Notes: generated by a model not told the origin, from the letters alone. A stretch of 64,000 nucleotides of DNA from Myxococcota bacterium (GCA_965140415.1 OZ223209.1:2016001-2080000), one strand, 5' to 3'; positions 1 through 9,043 are shown, counted from the first letter of the stretch. Program-made: numbers and translations.

Positions 1-819
1 GACAAGGCGATTGCGGAATATGAGAAGGCGTTGAACCTGAATTCCCGCAATTACGAATACTATCACCGTGCTGGCTTGGCCTACTACAGCAAAGGTGACA
101 AAGAGAAAGCCCGCTCTTCTTTCGAAAAAGCGCTGGAACTTTCTCCCAGCTATGCAGAATCGGCGTTCTATCTCGGTCGGGTAGCAATGGATAAAGGTGC
201 TTACGACCGGGCCACAGAGTATTTCGATCAGGCCATGCAACTGGACAAGCAGAACCCGGACATTCTGTACTACAATGGCTGGCTGCTGGAAAAGCAGGAG
301 AAGTTCCAGGATGCCCTGGATTTCTACGACATGTCCCTCAAGATTCGCCCGAAGTTTGCTCCGGCGTATCTTAGAAAGGGCATCACGCTACGCGAACAGA
401 ACAAATACCCGCAAGCGATCGCCATGTTCCGGAAAGCGAACAAAATCGATCCCACAATCAATACGGCGCGTATCGAATTGGGTGACTGCTACTTTGAAAT
501 GAAGAGGTACAAGCAGTCCATCAAACAATACAAAGATGCCATCAAGTTGAATCCGGATAGTCCGGAAGCACATTTGAAATTAGGGATGGTTTATCAGGAG
601 ATGGGCAATCCAAGGAATGCCGTGAAATACCTGAAGCGTGCAGTGGACTTTGACTTCAACGATCCTGTTCCTCATCTGAATCTCGGTTATGCGTTCAAAG
701 CTCTGCGCAAACGTAGCGATGCCGTGCGCGAATTCGAAACCTACCTTGAATTGAACCCGACGGCGATTGACCGTCAGGATGTGGAAGACGAGATCTACTG
801 GCTGAAAAACCGCCGCTAG
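1..819 (+). CDS. TPR repeat protein, 5'-truncated by window edge
   Basis: Frame open from base 1; serial 34-aa TPR units (e.g. AHLKLGMVYQEMGNPRNAVKYLKRAVDFD). Confidence 0.9.
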   Translation, partial: DKAIAEYEKALNLNSRNYEYYHRAGLAYYSKGDKEKARSSFEKALELSPSYAESAFYLGRVAMDKGAYDRATEYFDQAMQLDKQNPDILYYNGWLLEKQEKFQDALDFYDMSLKIRPKFAPAYLRKGITLREQNKYPQAIAMFRKANKIDPTINTARIELGDCYFEMKRYKQSIKQYKDAIKLNPDSPEAHLKLGMVYQEMGNPRNAVKYLKRAVDFDFNDPVPHLNLGYAFKALRKRSDAVREFETYLELNPTAIDRQDVEDEIYWLKNRR

Positions 820-921
820 GCTTGTCGTTCGTTTAACAGTTTTTGCAGCCGGTTTGCCAATTATGGGCATTCCGGCTGCATTCATGTTTGGCTCTGTTTT
901 CGAGTTGTACTGGAGAAGAAC

Positions 922-2163
922 ATGTTTCGGCTCGCTTACGGTTCAACGGAGATCGAACTCGATTCCCCGCTCGTGCAACACGCTACAATCATTCAGCCGC
1001 GTTCGGCTACCCCTATTGAAGATCCCCCCGCCTACCTGAACAATCTATTGCAGAAGCAACATTTACTGTCGGACCAATTGAGCCATTCTGATCGTCTGCC
1101 GGTGACGCTGGTTATACCGGATCTGACGCGCGGCGAGCATTTTGCAACATTGCTGCCGGTGTTGATTCATTATCTGCAAAATCAGGGAGTAGGGCGGGAA
1201 GAGATCCGAATACTGGTGGGCGGTGGGGCGCATCGACTTCACACAAAGGAAGAAATGTTGCGTCTATTGGGCGAAGCCGCTTCATGGTGTCAATGGAGTA
1301 TGCATGACTGCGACAGCGATGTGCTTGTGGATCTCGGTCAAACGCAAAGGGGTACTTCCATAAAAGTGCATCCCTGGCTGACACAAGGTTCCGTCATCGT
1401 ACTTGGAGTTGTGAAGCACCACTATTTTGCAGGCTATTCAGGTGGACGCAAAGCGATCCTGCCCGGTTGCGCATCGCGTGATTCCATTCTGGCCAATCAT
1501 TCACTTTGCTTTGAGCGAGAGCAGGCCAAACGTCATCCCGGTGTGGGACTGGGACGCCTGACTGGCAACCCGGTGCATGAAGACATGCAGGAGGCAGTGG
1601 AAAAAGTGCGTGTAATCGCCGCTTTGCAATTAGTATTGGGAGCGGATCACCACCCGGCAGCCATGTTTTTCGGCGAATTGAGTCAGGCGTTCGATCTCGC
1701 TACCCAGCAGGCCGATCGATTGTTTCGTTTCGATCGTGGTGAAGGTGCGGATTATGTGTTGGCCAGTTGCTCCGGTTATCCGGGGGACATCAATTTCGTG
1801 CAGAGCCACAAAGGAATTCACCATGCGGCGAGTTTCGTGCGCCCTGGCGGCGTGATCGTGATCTTGGCGCAATGTCGGGAAGGCATTGGTAATCCTGATT
1901 TACTCGACTGGGCGAGCATCGGCGATCCGGTAGAGATGATTCAGCGTTTGAAGCGAAGTTATTCTGTTCCCGGTCAAACCGCTTTGGCGATGCTGGAAAA
2001 AGCGGCACGTTATCGTATTTTTCTGTTTAGCGAGTTGCCCCCAGAGCAGGTGAAATTGTTAGGAATGACACCGCTCGATTCTGCGCAGCAGGGCTTGCAA
2101 CAATTATCAGGACAGGGGAGGGGTGTGATTCTTCCTCATGCCGATCAAACCCTGGCGATATAG
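922..2163 (+). CDS. LarA (nickel-pincer lactate racemase) superfamily protein
   Basis: PDLTR, GAHR, HDCD, HYFAGYSGGRKAILPG, NPVHEDM and QSHK motifs; GGAGA RBS. Confidence 0.85.
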   Translation: MFRLAYGSTEIELDSPLVQHATIIQPRSATPIEDPPAYLNNLLQKQHLLSDQLSHSDRLPVTLVIPDLTRGEHFATLLPVLIHYLQNQGVGREEIRILVGGGAHRLHTKEEMLRLLGEAASWCQWSMHDCDSDVLVDLGQTQRGTSIKVHPWLTQGSVIVLGVVKHHYFAGYSGGRKAILPGCASRDSILANHSLCFEREQAKRHPGVGLGRLTGNPVHEDMQEAVEKVRVIAALQLVLGADHHPAAMFFGELSQAFDLATQQADRLFRFDRGEGADYVLASCSGYPGDINFVQSHKGIHHAASFVRPGGVIVILAQCREGIGNPDLLDWASIGDPVEMIQRLKRSYSVPGQTALAMLEKAARYRIFLFSELPPEQVKLLGMTPLDSAQQGLQQLSGQGRGVILPHADQTLAI

Positions 2164-2184
2164 TCCTTTCTGGAAGTTGGTCCT

Positions 2185-2928
2185 CTAGCCCGTTCCTTCC
2201 TCCAGGATTTGTCCTTTGATGCCGATCTTGATGAAATTCAGCGGAATCTCGTTGCCGCTTTTCTTCAACGCCTCTTTGGTAAGGTGCAACAGACCCGAGC
2301 AGCAGGGAACCTCCATAATCGCGCAGGTGATCTGCTTGATCGGGTTCTCGAAGATGGCGGCCAGTCGCTGGATGGATTCATCCATTTTATCCAGTTTGGG
2401 ACAGGTCAGGATAATGGTGTTGCCACGAATCAGCTTTCGATGCAGATCAGGGAACGCCGCCGCAACGCAATCGGCGACTAGCACTACCTTCTTGTCATTA
2501 TAGAAAACACCGGACGGCGGCATTAAACGGAGTTGGATGGGCCACTGCGATAACTCGGAAGCCGCAGGCCCACGATCATCGGTAGAGGAATTCGCCACCG
2601 ATTCGTTGCTTTGCGATGCAGGCTGCAATACTTGCACCATGCTGCCGGCACAACCACAGGCCATTGTTTCCGCCGGGTTTGCCGCTTTATGCGCCAGGTG
2701 TGCTTCGACCGCTTTTTCGTCGAACTCGTCGGCTTCACGCTCGATGATTTCCAGCGCGCCCTCCGGGCAGGCTCCGAGGCATGCTCCTAAGCCATCACAA
2801 AAGCTGTCCTTGATAACACGCGCTTTGCCGTCGAGGATCTGCAACGCGCCTTCGGCGCAATCGATTACACAAAGTCCGCAACCGGTGCATTTTTCTTCGT
2901 CGATTTTAATAATTTTGCGTACGGGCAT
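2185..2928 (-). CDS. 2x[4Fe-4S] ferredoxin-domain protein with Cys-containing C-terminal domain
   Basis: CTGCGLCVIDC and CDGLGACLGACP; QWPIQL, ADC, CPKLD and MEVPCC motifs. Confidence 0.85.
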   Translation of the reverse strand: MPVRKIIKIDEEKCTGCGLCVIDCAEGALQILDGKARVIKDSFCDGLGACLGACPEGALEIIEREADEFDEKAVEAHLAHKAANPAETMACGCAGSMVQVLQPASQSNESVANSSTDDRGPAASELSQWPIQLRLMPPSGVFYNDKKVVLVADCVAAAFPDLHRKLIRGNTIILTCPKLDKMDESIQRLAAIFENPIKQITCAIMEVPCCSGLLHLTKEALKKSGNEIPLNFIKIGIKGQILEEGTG

Positions 2929-2942
2929 GATGCTGCATCCTC

Positions 2943-3206
2943 TCAGCTTGGGTCCGGGTTTTCCTGTTGTTCGCGTAGTGCTCGTGTAGCCAGAAATTCT
3001 TTATAGCGCTCTTCGCCAAGGCATTCCTTGGCAGCGGCGCACCATTCGGCGCAACTGGGAACGCTCTCTTTTTCGATCACTTCACGACAGTGGGGACAGC
3101 GGCGGCGAAATTCATCCGAGAAGATTTCCACTTCTGCGCCGCAATTGGGGCAACGGTAAAAAGCCGCTGTCAGTCGCCGCATGTCTTTTCCTGGACAGTT
3201 CGCCAT
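2943..3206 (-). CDS. Small Cys-rich zinc-ribbon-like protein
   Basis: CPG, CPNC, CPHC, CAEWC and a further Cys (8 Cys in 87 aa); GGAG RBS; 14 bp from next gene. Confidence 0.75.
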   Translation of the reverse strand: MANCPGKDMRRLTAAFYRCPNCGAEVEIFSDEFRRRCPHCREVIEKESVPSCAEWCAAAKECLGEERYKEFLATRALREQQENPDPS

Positions 3207-3293
3207 GATTACTCCATGTTGATAAGCGTTCCAACCATTTAAACATCACCTGGAAACTATGAAATTGCAATGACCTGTTCGAGGACTCGAAAT

Positions 3294-3317
3294 GCGGAAG
3301 GAGAAAGCTCCTTCTGC
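3294..3317 (-). terminator. Hairpin downstream of hcp (possible terminator)
   Basis: GCGGAAGGAG-aaag-CTCCTTCTGC inverted repeat; short U tract. Confidence 0.5.
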
Positions 3318-3330
3318 CATCTTTAAAACA

Positions 3331-4950
3331 TCAGGCCAGACAGGCTTTCAAATCCTCTTCCACTGTTGTGATCAGAGCGATGTTGAAATTTTCCACCAGC
3401 ACATTGAGAACGGGAGGCGTGACAAACGCCGGCAGCGTCGGTCCCAGACGAATGTCTTTGATTCCCAGGTGCAGCAATGTCAACAGAATCGCCACCGCCT
3501 TCTGCTCGTACCAACTCAGAATGAACGATAACGGCAGGCTGTTGACGTCGGTGTCAAACGCATTGGCCAAGGCCACTGCGATCTGCACGGCGGAATAAGC
3601 ATCGTTGCACTGGCCGATATCCAGCAGACGTGGAATGCCGCCGATGTCCCCATATTCCAATTTGTTGAAACGATATTTGCCGCAGGCGAGTGTCAAAATC
3701 ACGCAATCCTTCGGTACGGCTTGTGCGAAATCCGTGTAGTAATTGCGGCCCGATTTGGCGCCATCGCAGCCCCCGACCAGGAAGAAATGCTTGATATCGC
3801 CGTTTTTAACTGCGTCGATGACCTTGTCGGCCACACCCAGCACGGCATTTCGTGCAAAACCGATGGTAATCGTTTTTTCTTTTTCATCTTCGGTGAAGCC
3901 GGGAGCGGCCAGGGCGGCGTCGATCACCGGCGTAAAATCGTAACCGTCGATATGCTCCACTCCGGGCCAGGCGACCAGGTCGGTAGTGAAAATACGCGCT
4001 TTATACGATTCCTGTGGTTTCTGAATGCAGTTGGTGGTCATTAAAATCGCACCTGGGAACGCTTCGAATTCCTTGCGCTGATTCTGCCAGGCGGAACCAT
4101 AGTTTCCTGCCAGATGCTTGTATTTCTTCAAACCTGGATAGGCCAGCGTCGGCAGCATTTCCCCGTGGGTATACACATTGATGCCTTTGCCTTCGGTCTG
4201 TTGCAGCAGTTCGTCCAGATCCTTTAAATCATGTCCTGAAACCAGAATGCACTTGCCTTTTATCGGAGTGACGCGCACCGCCGTCGGTTCGGGGTGGCCA
4301 TAAGCGTCGGTATTGGCTGTATCTAATAGCTCCATCACCTTCAGGTTGACTTCACCGACTTTCAAGGCCATCCCGGTCAATTCTTCTACGGAGTGATCTT
4401 CCGTTATGAAGTTCAGCGCCTCATGCAAGAACGCATAGACATCGTCATCCGTGACACCCAGAATTTCGGCGTGATCCATGTAGGCGCAAAATCCCTTGAT
4501 GCCATAGGTAATCAACTCCTTGAGCCCGGTGATGTCCTCGCCTTCAATCGCCTTGCGATTTACGATGGAAATAGTTTCGCCTTTAGCCACGAGCAGACTT
4601 GGATCGCCATCAAGATCCATCGTCGCCAAACCATCTAAACCATTTCCCGCAGGTTGGGTCTGTTCGTACAATCCCTTGGCCACAGCACGCCATTCCGCCG
4701 CCTCTCCGATCAGACGTTGCAGTCGGTTGGGATCGAAATTGACATTGGTAATGGTGGTGAAAACCGCCTGCACCGTGAAGCGGTCGATCTCCTTGTGGCG
4801 CACTCCGGCGCGATGCATGTACATCGAGATGCCCTTGGTGGCCGCTAAAAGCAAATCCTGTAACGCGGCGACTTCCGGACTTTTTCCACATACACCGATG
4901 TTGGTGCATCCGCTGCCTTTGGCTGTCTGTTCACATTGATAGCAAAACAT
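3331..4950 (-). CDS. hcp: Hybrid cluster protein (hydroxylamine/NO reductase)
   Basis: MFCYQCEQT..GC..GVCGK N-terminus; SGHDL, THGEMLP, GGCDG, LACGKY, GQCND and WYEQKA motifs. Confidence 0.97.
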   Translation of the reverse strand: MFCYQCEQTAKGSGCTNIGVCGKSPEVAALQDLLLAATKGISMYMHRAGVRHKEIDRFTVQAVFTTITNVNFDPNRLQRLIGEAAEWRAVAKGLYEQTQPAGNGLDGLATMDLDGDPSLLVAKGETISIVNRKAIEGEDITGLKELITYGIKGFCAYMDHAEILGVTDDDVYAFLHEALNFITEDHSVEELTGMALKVGEVNLKVMELLDTANTDAYGHPEPTAVRVTPIKGKCILVSGHDLKDLDELLQQTEGKGINVYTHGEMLPTLAYPGLKKYKHLAGNYGSAWQNQRKEFEAFPGAILMTTNCIQKPQESYKARIFTTDLVAWPGVEHIDGYDFTPVIDAALAAPGFTEDEKEKTITIGFARNAVLGVADKVIDAVKNGDIKHFFLVGGCDGAKSGRNYYTDFAQAVPKDCVILTLACGKYRFNKLEYGDIGGIPRLLDIGQCNDAYSAVQIAVALANAFDTDVNSLPLSFILSWYEQKAVAILLTLLHLGIKDIRLGPTLPAFVTPPVLNVLVENFNIALITTVEEDLKACLA

Positions 4951-4982
4951 GGGATTCTCCTTTTCAGGCTAATTAAGGAAAA

Positions 4983-5000
4983 AAGACTCCTAATACCGAA
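4983..5000 (-). promoter_or_regulatory. Candidate Rrf2 operator upstream of hcp
   Basis: AAGACTCCTAATACCGAA, 17/18 identical to 5537-5554 upstream of the Rrf2 gene. Confidence 0.7.
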
Positions 5001-5051
5001 AATGCCAACCAAGTTTACCTACTGCATTACTCATCGTTCAAACTCCAAAGT

Positions 5052-5507
5052 CTATGATTGTATTGGAAGCTGTCGTTCCGAACGCATGTCAAGAGCGGGA
5101 AGCAGTAGCAGCTCCGAAAGATGTATTTCGCCAAGTTCCCTGGTGACCAGATCCGTGACTCGTCTCATCAATCCTTGTAGGCGACAATGGCCTTTCTGGC
5201 ACACCGGTTCGCCTAAAAGACATTGTTCTCCGGCAAAAGGTCCATCGACTGCTACCAGGATTTGCAGCAGGGTGATGTCCTTCGGGTCATGATCGAAATA
5301 GAATCCGCCTCGTTTTCCTCGGGTGGACTGAATAAAGTTTTCGCGTGCCAGGCTTTGCAGCACCTTGCTTAAGTGAGATTCCGAAACCGAAATATCGGCA
5401 GCGATCCGGCTGGCGGATACCGGCTGATTGGGACCGAGCGTTGCCATGTATGCCAGGGCGTGAATGGCGAGGTTACTGGCTTCTGATAAATTAAGTAGGG
5501 ACTTCAT
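5052..5507 (-). CDS. Rrf2-family transcriptional regulator
   Basis: SESHLSKVLQSL, STRGKRGGF and ITLLQILVAVDG motifs; three C-terminal Cys (CLLGEPVCQKGHC). Confidence 0.93.
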   Translation of the reverse strand: MKSLLNLSEASNLAIHALAYMATLGPNQPVSASRIAADISVSESHLSKVLQSLARENFIQSTRGKRGGFYFDHDPKDITLLQILVAVDGPFAGEQCLLGEPVCQKGHCRLQGLMRRVTDLVTRELGEIHLSELLLLPALDMRSERQLPIQS

Positions 5508-5532
5508 TATGCCACCTGAAGAACAAAAACAA

Positions 5533-5572
5533 TATTAAGACTCTTAATACCGAATAAAGGGGTGGATGTCAA
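5533..5572 (-). promoter_or_regulatory. Sigma70 promoter of the Rrf2 gene with overlapping candidate operator
   Basis: Minus strand TTGACA-17 nt-TATTAA; operator copy at 5537-5554 and palindrome TATTAAGA-C-TCTTAATA overlap the -10. Confidence 0.75.
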
Positions 5573-5695
5573 TATAAAAAATCTGGAAAAATCTCTATCA
5601 TCAGTGCGAAGTAAAACAATTTCTTATCATAACAATGGTTTAGGTGAATTTAGGCTTGAGCTTTTTCATATGGAAAAAATCGACACAGCATCTTA

Positions 5696-5729
5696 AAAAC
5701 GACGAAATCCCCACCGGAAGATGGGGATT
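5696..5729 (-). terminator. Probable intrinsic terminator of the Cys-rich lipoprotein gene
   Basis: AATCCCCA..TGGGGATT stem followed on minus strand by TCGTCGTTTT. Confidence 0.5.
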
Positions 5730-5774
5730 CCAAGAACAATTCAAGCGAAGGAGTGAATTGTGATCGTTTGATAC

Positions 5775-7757
5775 TCAGGGGCAGATTACCGTGATGCAGT
5801 CGATCAACCCTTTTCCCGGTCCTTCGAAAAACGCCTCGCAGGTATCGGCATATTGACCGGACTCGATGATCGCCCATTGAGCGACGGCTTCCTGGTAGTT
5901 GTCGGCGGTCAGGTTATCGATGCAGGTTTGCAAATAGCCCGCTTCACAATTACCCATAATTTCACAACATTCGTTCAACAGTCCGCAATAATGGCTGATG
6001 CTGCTGTCCATGTAACTTCCTACAACCACGCACTGCTCGTTGATGCAGTGAACCTCTGCTTCCTGCGGGCAGGGATCTTCAGGCGGGCAAACTCCCGATG
6101 TGTAGGCGGTATAGTCGGAAGGATCGACGTTGACATTGGCTGCTGCACACACGCAACCCTTTGAAAACAGCTTACAATCGCTATCTTGCGCGCAGGTATC
6201 GTTCGGGTAATTGGACACGCAATGACCTTCCACGCAATCCACCGGCAGGAACTGACAGGAGTTGTCCGCCGTGCACTGCGGGTAGCTTGGAAAATGATGG
6301 ATATTCACGGGCGTACAGGAAAGGGGGTTCATCGGCAGACTGTCGCAACAACTCGATTCCGCTTCCATGCGATACGCCGTGCAATCGTCACGGGTGGTGC
6401 AGGTGTCGTCGAAGGTAATGCTGGTGCGTGTCGTGCAAAGTCCCTGGGTGTCTTCGATCAATGTGCGCGAAGAAGCAATGGCGGCTCCCAGCAGTTTCTG
6501 GTAAAGAGCTATCAAGGCGTCTTCGATGCTTTGTGAGTGAGATCTCTGTTCATCCGTGATTTCGTCGCCAGCCAAACAATAATAGGAAAAACCGATTCCG
6601 TCCTGGTACTTCGGCTCGAACAGCCATACTCTTCCCCCACCTGCATCTCCACAATCAGAATCCGAAACATCGCAAGGCAACTCGGGCAATTCCGTGTTGA
6701 GTAATTCCACCAAGTCGTCCCAGTCGGCAGTATCTACCCATCCCGTAACATTCGCCGGAAATCCACCGGTGCAGTTGTAATGCTGTAACTCATAGAAAAG
6801 AGTCTCGAAAATGCGAAGCGTAAAAATCTCGTATCCCTCTCCATCAAAAGACTGCTCTCTTGTGCAGTAATCACCCGAAGAGGGGCCGCCTGGATATATC
6901 GATGCATACAGAACTTCCTCGCCGATAAACCCCAATTCGCTGCGCTGCTTATGGCAGGCACTGGCACGGCTTTCCGGTTCGTCGTTCGTACCGGGAGATG
7001 GCGCCAAGCGATTGCTCTGCTGAGATTCCTCCTTGGAAGCCTGACCATCCCTATCCTGATCTTTGTACAGGGACAATGCCAGCTGCACCGCATTTTCCAC
7101 ACTGGCTAGCATATCTGCGTTGTGAGTCGCATCAACCCGTACAATGCCGTCGGTATCCGCTTCAAGTTGAGTTAGCAAACTATTTGGTAACAATACCCCG
7201 AGATCGACAAGCGCCAGCCAAAAATGGTAGGTATCCGATGAAAAACGAAAGACTTCGCCCGGAGTAAACACCAGTTGCCTCCCTAAATCCAGTTCCAATG
7301 AGACAGTTCGTCCCGCTTTCGTCATACCTTGTGCTCTAAACGTGCTGTTTTCAGGAAATTGCAGGCGCATTTGACAGAATTCTCGATCGGGGGGGACTTC
7401 CACCTGCAAACCGGGGCGTTCGTCGTCCAGAACGGACATTTGCGCCGCCTCTGTGGCTTCTAACAGCAAACCATCAGTGTCGTTGCAGGTCTGTTGATCC
7501 GGCCAGAAAACGGAATCGATGTCCAATTCCACCGTGTGCCATTCCACGGCAGCATCTTCATCGGAATCCGGAACGACATCGAAGTTCAGGAATATTGTAG
7601 CTTTAGGGTTGCCGTCTCCGCTACCGGTACCGAAAAGAACGTAGCTGCGCTGCAAGGCATCGAAGGTAATGTCGGATTTCTCCGAGCAGGCCGATCCAAG
7701 AATCAGCACTGTGCCAAGTAGCAGAAAAGTCCACAGAAATTTTGCACGATACGTCAT
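5775..7757 (-). CDS. Cys-rich lipoprotein of unknown function
   Basis: AAGGAG RBS before ATG 7757; signal peptide ending LGSAC; DQDRDG Ca-loop-like motif; C-terminal CxxDxDC-type Cys-rich repeats. Confidence 0.75.
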   Translation of the reverse strand: MTYRAKFLWTFLLLGTVLILGSACSEKSDITFDALQRSYVLFGTGSGDGNPKATIFLNFDVVPDSDEDAAVEWHTVELDIDSVFWPDQQTCNDTDGLLLEATEAAQMSVLDDERPGLQVEVPPDREFCQMRLQFPENSTFRAQGMTKAGRTVSLELDLGRQLVFTPGEVFRFSSDTYHFWLALVDLGVLLPNSLLTQLEADTDGIVRVDATHNADMLASVENAVQLALSLYKDQDRDGQASKEESQQSNRLAPSPGTNDEPESRASACHKQRSELGFIGEEVLYASIYPGGPSSGDYCTREQSFDGEGYEIFTLRIFETLFYELQHYNCTGGFPANVTGWVDTADWDDLVELLNTELPELPCDVSDSDCGDAGGGRVWLFEPKYQDGIGFSYYCLAGDEITDEQRSHSQSIEDALIALYQKLLGAAIASSRTLIEDTQGLCTTRTSITFDDTCTTRDDCTAYRMEAESSCCDSLPMNPLSCTPVNIHHFPSYPQCTADNSCQFLPVDCVEGHCVSNYPNDTCAQDSDCKLFSKGCVCAAANVNVDPSDYTAYTSGVCPPEDPCPQEAEVHCINEQCVVVGSYMDSSISHYCGLLNECCEIMGNCEAGYLQTCIDNLTADNYQEAVAQWAIIESGQYADTCEAFFEGPGKGLIDCITVICP

Positions 7758-7793
7758 GGTATACTCCTTGTTATTCAGTATTTGGCTATCCCG

Positions 7794-8776
7794 TTTTAGA
7801 TTCAAGGTTTTATTTCGTTTTTGGCTCTTCAGTCGCATCGTCGAGCAGAGGAAAAAGCTGTACATTCAAGCGATAAGCCACTTCGATCGGTTCCGGTTCG
7901 ACGATCAGTTCTTTTACGTCGTTCAGTTGCTGCGCCAACAGTTCTTTTAGCGCCTCGGCCTGTCTGCGACTGATCGCCATGGTGATTCCGCTGATAAAAC
8001 GCCGTTGTTGCGGATAGGCTTCAATCGCTTCCGAACCGAGCCGGATCATCTCGCGATGAAAATTGCGCACTGACAAGCGGGCGGCTTTCGTCGAATCTTC
8101 CCGGTCGGCAAATTCACCGATAAACGGGTCGCGAGGCTGTAACTTACCCTGGGGATTCCTGCTCAGAAAGCCAAGCTCGATCAACCGGTTAAGTCCGCTG
8201 CGCGCCTGTCGTGGCGTAATGTGAGGTCGTAGTCGGGATGCAATCCAGGATGGATCTTCCTTGAAATCCTCAACACTCACAAGCTCCCGCAGTACCGGCA
8301 AGTACCATTGCGAATAAAACTCATGTCGAATCAGCTCCGCATTGTGCATGGCTCGTTTGCCTCCCAATCGTCGTAATTGCTCCATGATCATCTGGCGCTG
8401 CTCATCGTTGCTGGCCTGGTCCAACTCGACCAGGTGTAAAAAATAGCGGGTTTCACGGTTGCCGAGACCAAGCGCCTGCGCATAGCGTTGGGCGGCTCGT
8501 GGGCTCAGCTTGGCGTAGCCGGTTGCAATTTGCCAGAAGTGGTTGGATTTGTCGGAGTAGCCCGCTTTCTTCTGAAGGTATCGATGCGAGAAGGCGGCGT
8601 CCTGGCTGTTGTAGTCTGCGTAGATGTCCTGAAGAAATCTTTTATAGTCCAAATAATCATACGCAGTAATATTCTTTCTAAGTTTTTTCATAACATCTAT
8701 ATTCCTTTGTAATCACGAGTATTAGTCTACTTTTAATTTTGGATTGCCGTCAACATGAAAACCTTGAATACTAAAA
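7794..8776. repeat. Inverted repeat pair flanking the first TIGR02147-like gene (7794-7811 and 8758-8776)
   Basis: TTTTAGATTCAAGGTTTT versus AAAACCTTGAATACTAAAA: reverse complements apart from a 1-nt indel. Confidence 0.8.
7810..8691 (-). CDS. TIGR02147/DUF4423-like protein (putative HTH regulator)
   Basis: YLDYKRFL..FSHRYL N-terminus; FYSQWYLPVLREL; NFHREMI..EAI; C-terminal YRLNVQLFPL. Confidence 0.85.
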   Translation of the reverse strand: MKKLRKNITAYDYLDYKRFLQDIYADYNSQDAAFSHRYLQKKAGYSDKSNHFWQIATGYAKLSPRAAQRYAQALGLGNRETRYFLHLVELDQASNDEQRQMIMEQLRRLGGKRAMHNAELIRHEFYSQWYLPVLRELVSVEDFKEDPSWIASRLRPHITPRQARSGLNRLIELGFLSRNPQGKLQPRDPFIGEFADREDSTKAARLSVRNFHREMIRLGSEAIEAYPQQRRFISGITMAISRRQAEALKELLAQQLNDVKELIVEPEPIEVAYRLNVQLFPLLDDATEEPKTK

Positions 8777-8779
8777 TTA

Positions 8780-8800
8780 TCGCGTAAAATCATTACGCGA
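8780..8800. promoter_or_regulatory. Inverted repeat in leader of the first TIGR02147-like gene
   Basis: TCGCGTAA-N5-TTACGCGA centred 99 nt upstream of ATG; counterpart at 62994-63012. Confidence 0.7.
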
Positions 8801-9014
8801 GTAGATGTGCAGGAAAACTGTGGGTAAGCGGATTGACCCAAGAAACGGAGTTTTCGATGTTTTTTCCGGGAAGAAATCGCCTGAAACCTGGAATAAACCT
8901 GGTGGAAAGAGTGAAAACGAAGCGTCATTCAGTCAAAGATTGAAGACGGTTTTTTGCGAGCGAATTAGCGAGTAATATCAAGCAGATAGATCTGAAAAAA
9001 AGCACCGAAAAACG

Positions 9015-9043
9015 TTGACAGAATTTGGGGTTTGGCATATATT
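9015..9043 (+). promoter_or_regulatory. Sigma70 promoter of gyrA
   Basis: TTGACA-17 nt-TATATT. Confidence 0.75.

Noticed and set aside
7794-8776. IS element defined by the inverted repeats
   Set aside because: The enclosed ORF has no transposase motifs and no target-site duplication is evident; kept as a regulatory finding.
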